Part shown: positions 62,608-64,000 of the stretch, in pieces
How the letters are laid out: the number at the start of each line of letters is the position of its first letter
Numbering within the stretch: the first letter of the stretch is position 1
NCBI RefSeq assembly: GCF_025526975.1
Contig: NW_026515671.1
Coordinates: forward strand, 992,001 to 1,056,000
Direction: 5' to 3'
Length of the DNA: 64,000 bases
Source of the DNA: Fimicolochytrium jonesii
Lineage: Eukaryota
Made by a program: the position numbers and the translations under genes
The notes under the pieces: model-generated
Seen by the model: the letters and a program-made list of their open reading frames with translations, nothing else
Told to the model about the DNA's origin: nothing
The model's database searches: none

Positions 62608-64000
62608 TCTGTGTAGTTGGCGGGTTGACGGGGTAGTGGTGGTCGTTGAGTCGGGAATTCAATTTCGCTATTAAAGCCACCTTTATTGGGAGTGGAAGCC
62701 CAACTATATGTTCCCGGGTCCGGTGACCTTCCTCGTCGTATGTTTATGGCAGACCGATGAGTGCAGCAGTGCTGCTCACTGTGGGTTGTTGTGTTGAAAA
62801 AGTCCGCTCCTCACAGGAAGAACGGAGAGCTCGAAAGTCGCACACGCGATGGGTGATTCCCATGAATCATCACTCGGCTCTCACTCCGCATTTGGCTTTT
62901 TTGGAGCAAACAAGGTTTTCTCCCTACAACTGCACCCATCGCAGCGTCCCCGCACATGTGAGTTTATTGCTTCTTCATCATCAGGTATTGACAGAAAGGG
63001 GTCCGAATGACGCACAAGTATGCCGCGTAGTAAAAGAGCCTAGACTCACGGCTCCATCTACATCTCATAAGTCTGTGTAGCTTCCATATTGCTCAGATTC
63101 CCTGTGTAAGATTTATGTCGTCGTCAACGAACGCAGGTATACACGCCAATACCTCCCGTAGAAGGGTTTCCCACCACGTACGCCCACCCCCGGGGGCAAA
63201 CCCCAAGTTAAGCTTTTCGAACAGCCGTGAGGGTAGTGTAGTGGGGACGCATCATGAGAGGGTTGAGGTGTAACCTGTTTTGAGTGTTCTCGGCTGACAC
63301 GCATATGGGATATCATCATCGCAAGGAAGGGGTTGGAGAGCGGCTTTGAGGGAATGGTCATCGCCTGTGGTTGCGCGTCAATGTAATCTGAGTGAGCTTA
63401 AAGGTTCAACTCGCAAGCACAGGACGACCACGATCCCCATATCCCATCGTGCGCAAAAGCACATGCGCCGTGTTCGAAACCAGATTGGGGCCCGCTCTCT
63501 CGTCTTATCCAAGATACTACAGCAAAGAGCAGGTCAGGGTTCGCACTTTTAGCATTATCCTCACCAGAAAGGATAGCACAGCCATAGACGGCCATACAGA
63601 GCTCTCACAACACGTCCAGCTTCACACTCCCACCATCGCAGGCAACACCGTCCCGATCCACAAACTGTCCGAAAGATAGAGGTGGCCGTAAGCGCTCGTT
63701 TCCAGTAAAAAGGTCGCCGCCGTAAAGTTCGTTCCTGGGTCCTCAGTCGCCGGAGAGATGCGAACAAACATCCTCATTGGCTTTCCCGCTTTGTGGAGAA
63801 ACAAAGTGCGGAACGAAGCCCAGGCGTGAGAGCGTGTTCTCCAGTAACAATCTCGCCTCGCGTAAGCGAGCGGAGATTCTCTACAACCGAGGAAAACGTG
63901 AAACTCTGCAGTTCTGCAAACGCCTTCTAGAATAAGCGTGCTGCCAAACACCTTCTGGAATAAGCTTACTCCAAACGCTTTCAAAAACAAGCTTACTGCA

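Noticed and set aside
62647..62653. Gcn4 site upstream of HIS7
   Set aside because: TGAGTCG is a one-mismatch single site only ~40 nt from the ATG, probably in the 5' UTR; not enough support.
62700..64000. Short ORFs at the window end
   Set aside because: No recognisable motifs or consistent gene structure; truncated by the window edge.

Overview
Intron-rich (GT-AG) eukaryotic DNA, most likely from a zoosporic fungus (chytrid-like). This is inferred from fungal-type bifunctional His7, low-Mr Trr1 and Amd1 occurring together with a flagellar AK9-like multi-adenylate-kinase. About 15 intact genes are recognisable: a Ca2+/H+ exchanger, an Nvj2/TEX2-like SMP protein, Nab2-like CCCH protein, Med15-like KIX protein, USP8/Doa4-like DUB, AMP deaminase, malic enzyme, secreted GH26-like hydrolase, Mit_KHE1-like protein, WDR48/UAF1, an orphan tandem-repeat protein, AK9, TRR1 and HIS7. 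The most unusual parts are four. (1) A compact, apparently intron-free, same-strand cassette at ~34-37.3 kb with a disrupted DUF2786-like gene, an orphan ORF and a frameshifted NodZ-like alpha-1,6-fucosyltransferase, abutting a decayed Copia integrase; this is a candidate horizontally acquired or viral relic. (2) An orphan intronless protein built from five 'MPS...W..L..ESGPIF' modules. (3) Alternating C-rich/G-rich blocks running through native genes regardless of strand. (4) Spacers that seem to consist of several decayed copies of the same transposon catalytic segment. All family calls come from motif recognition by eye, not database searches. Multi-exon CDS coordinates are outer boundaries.
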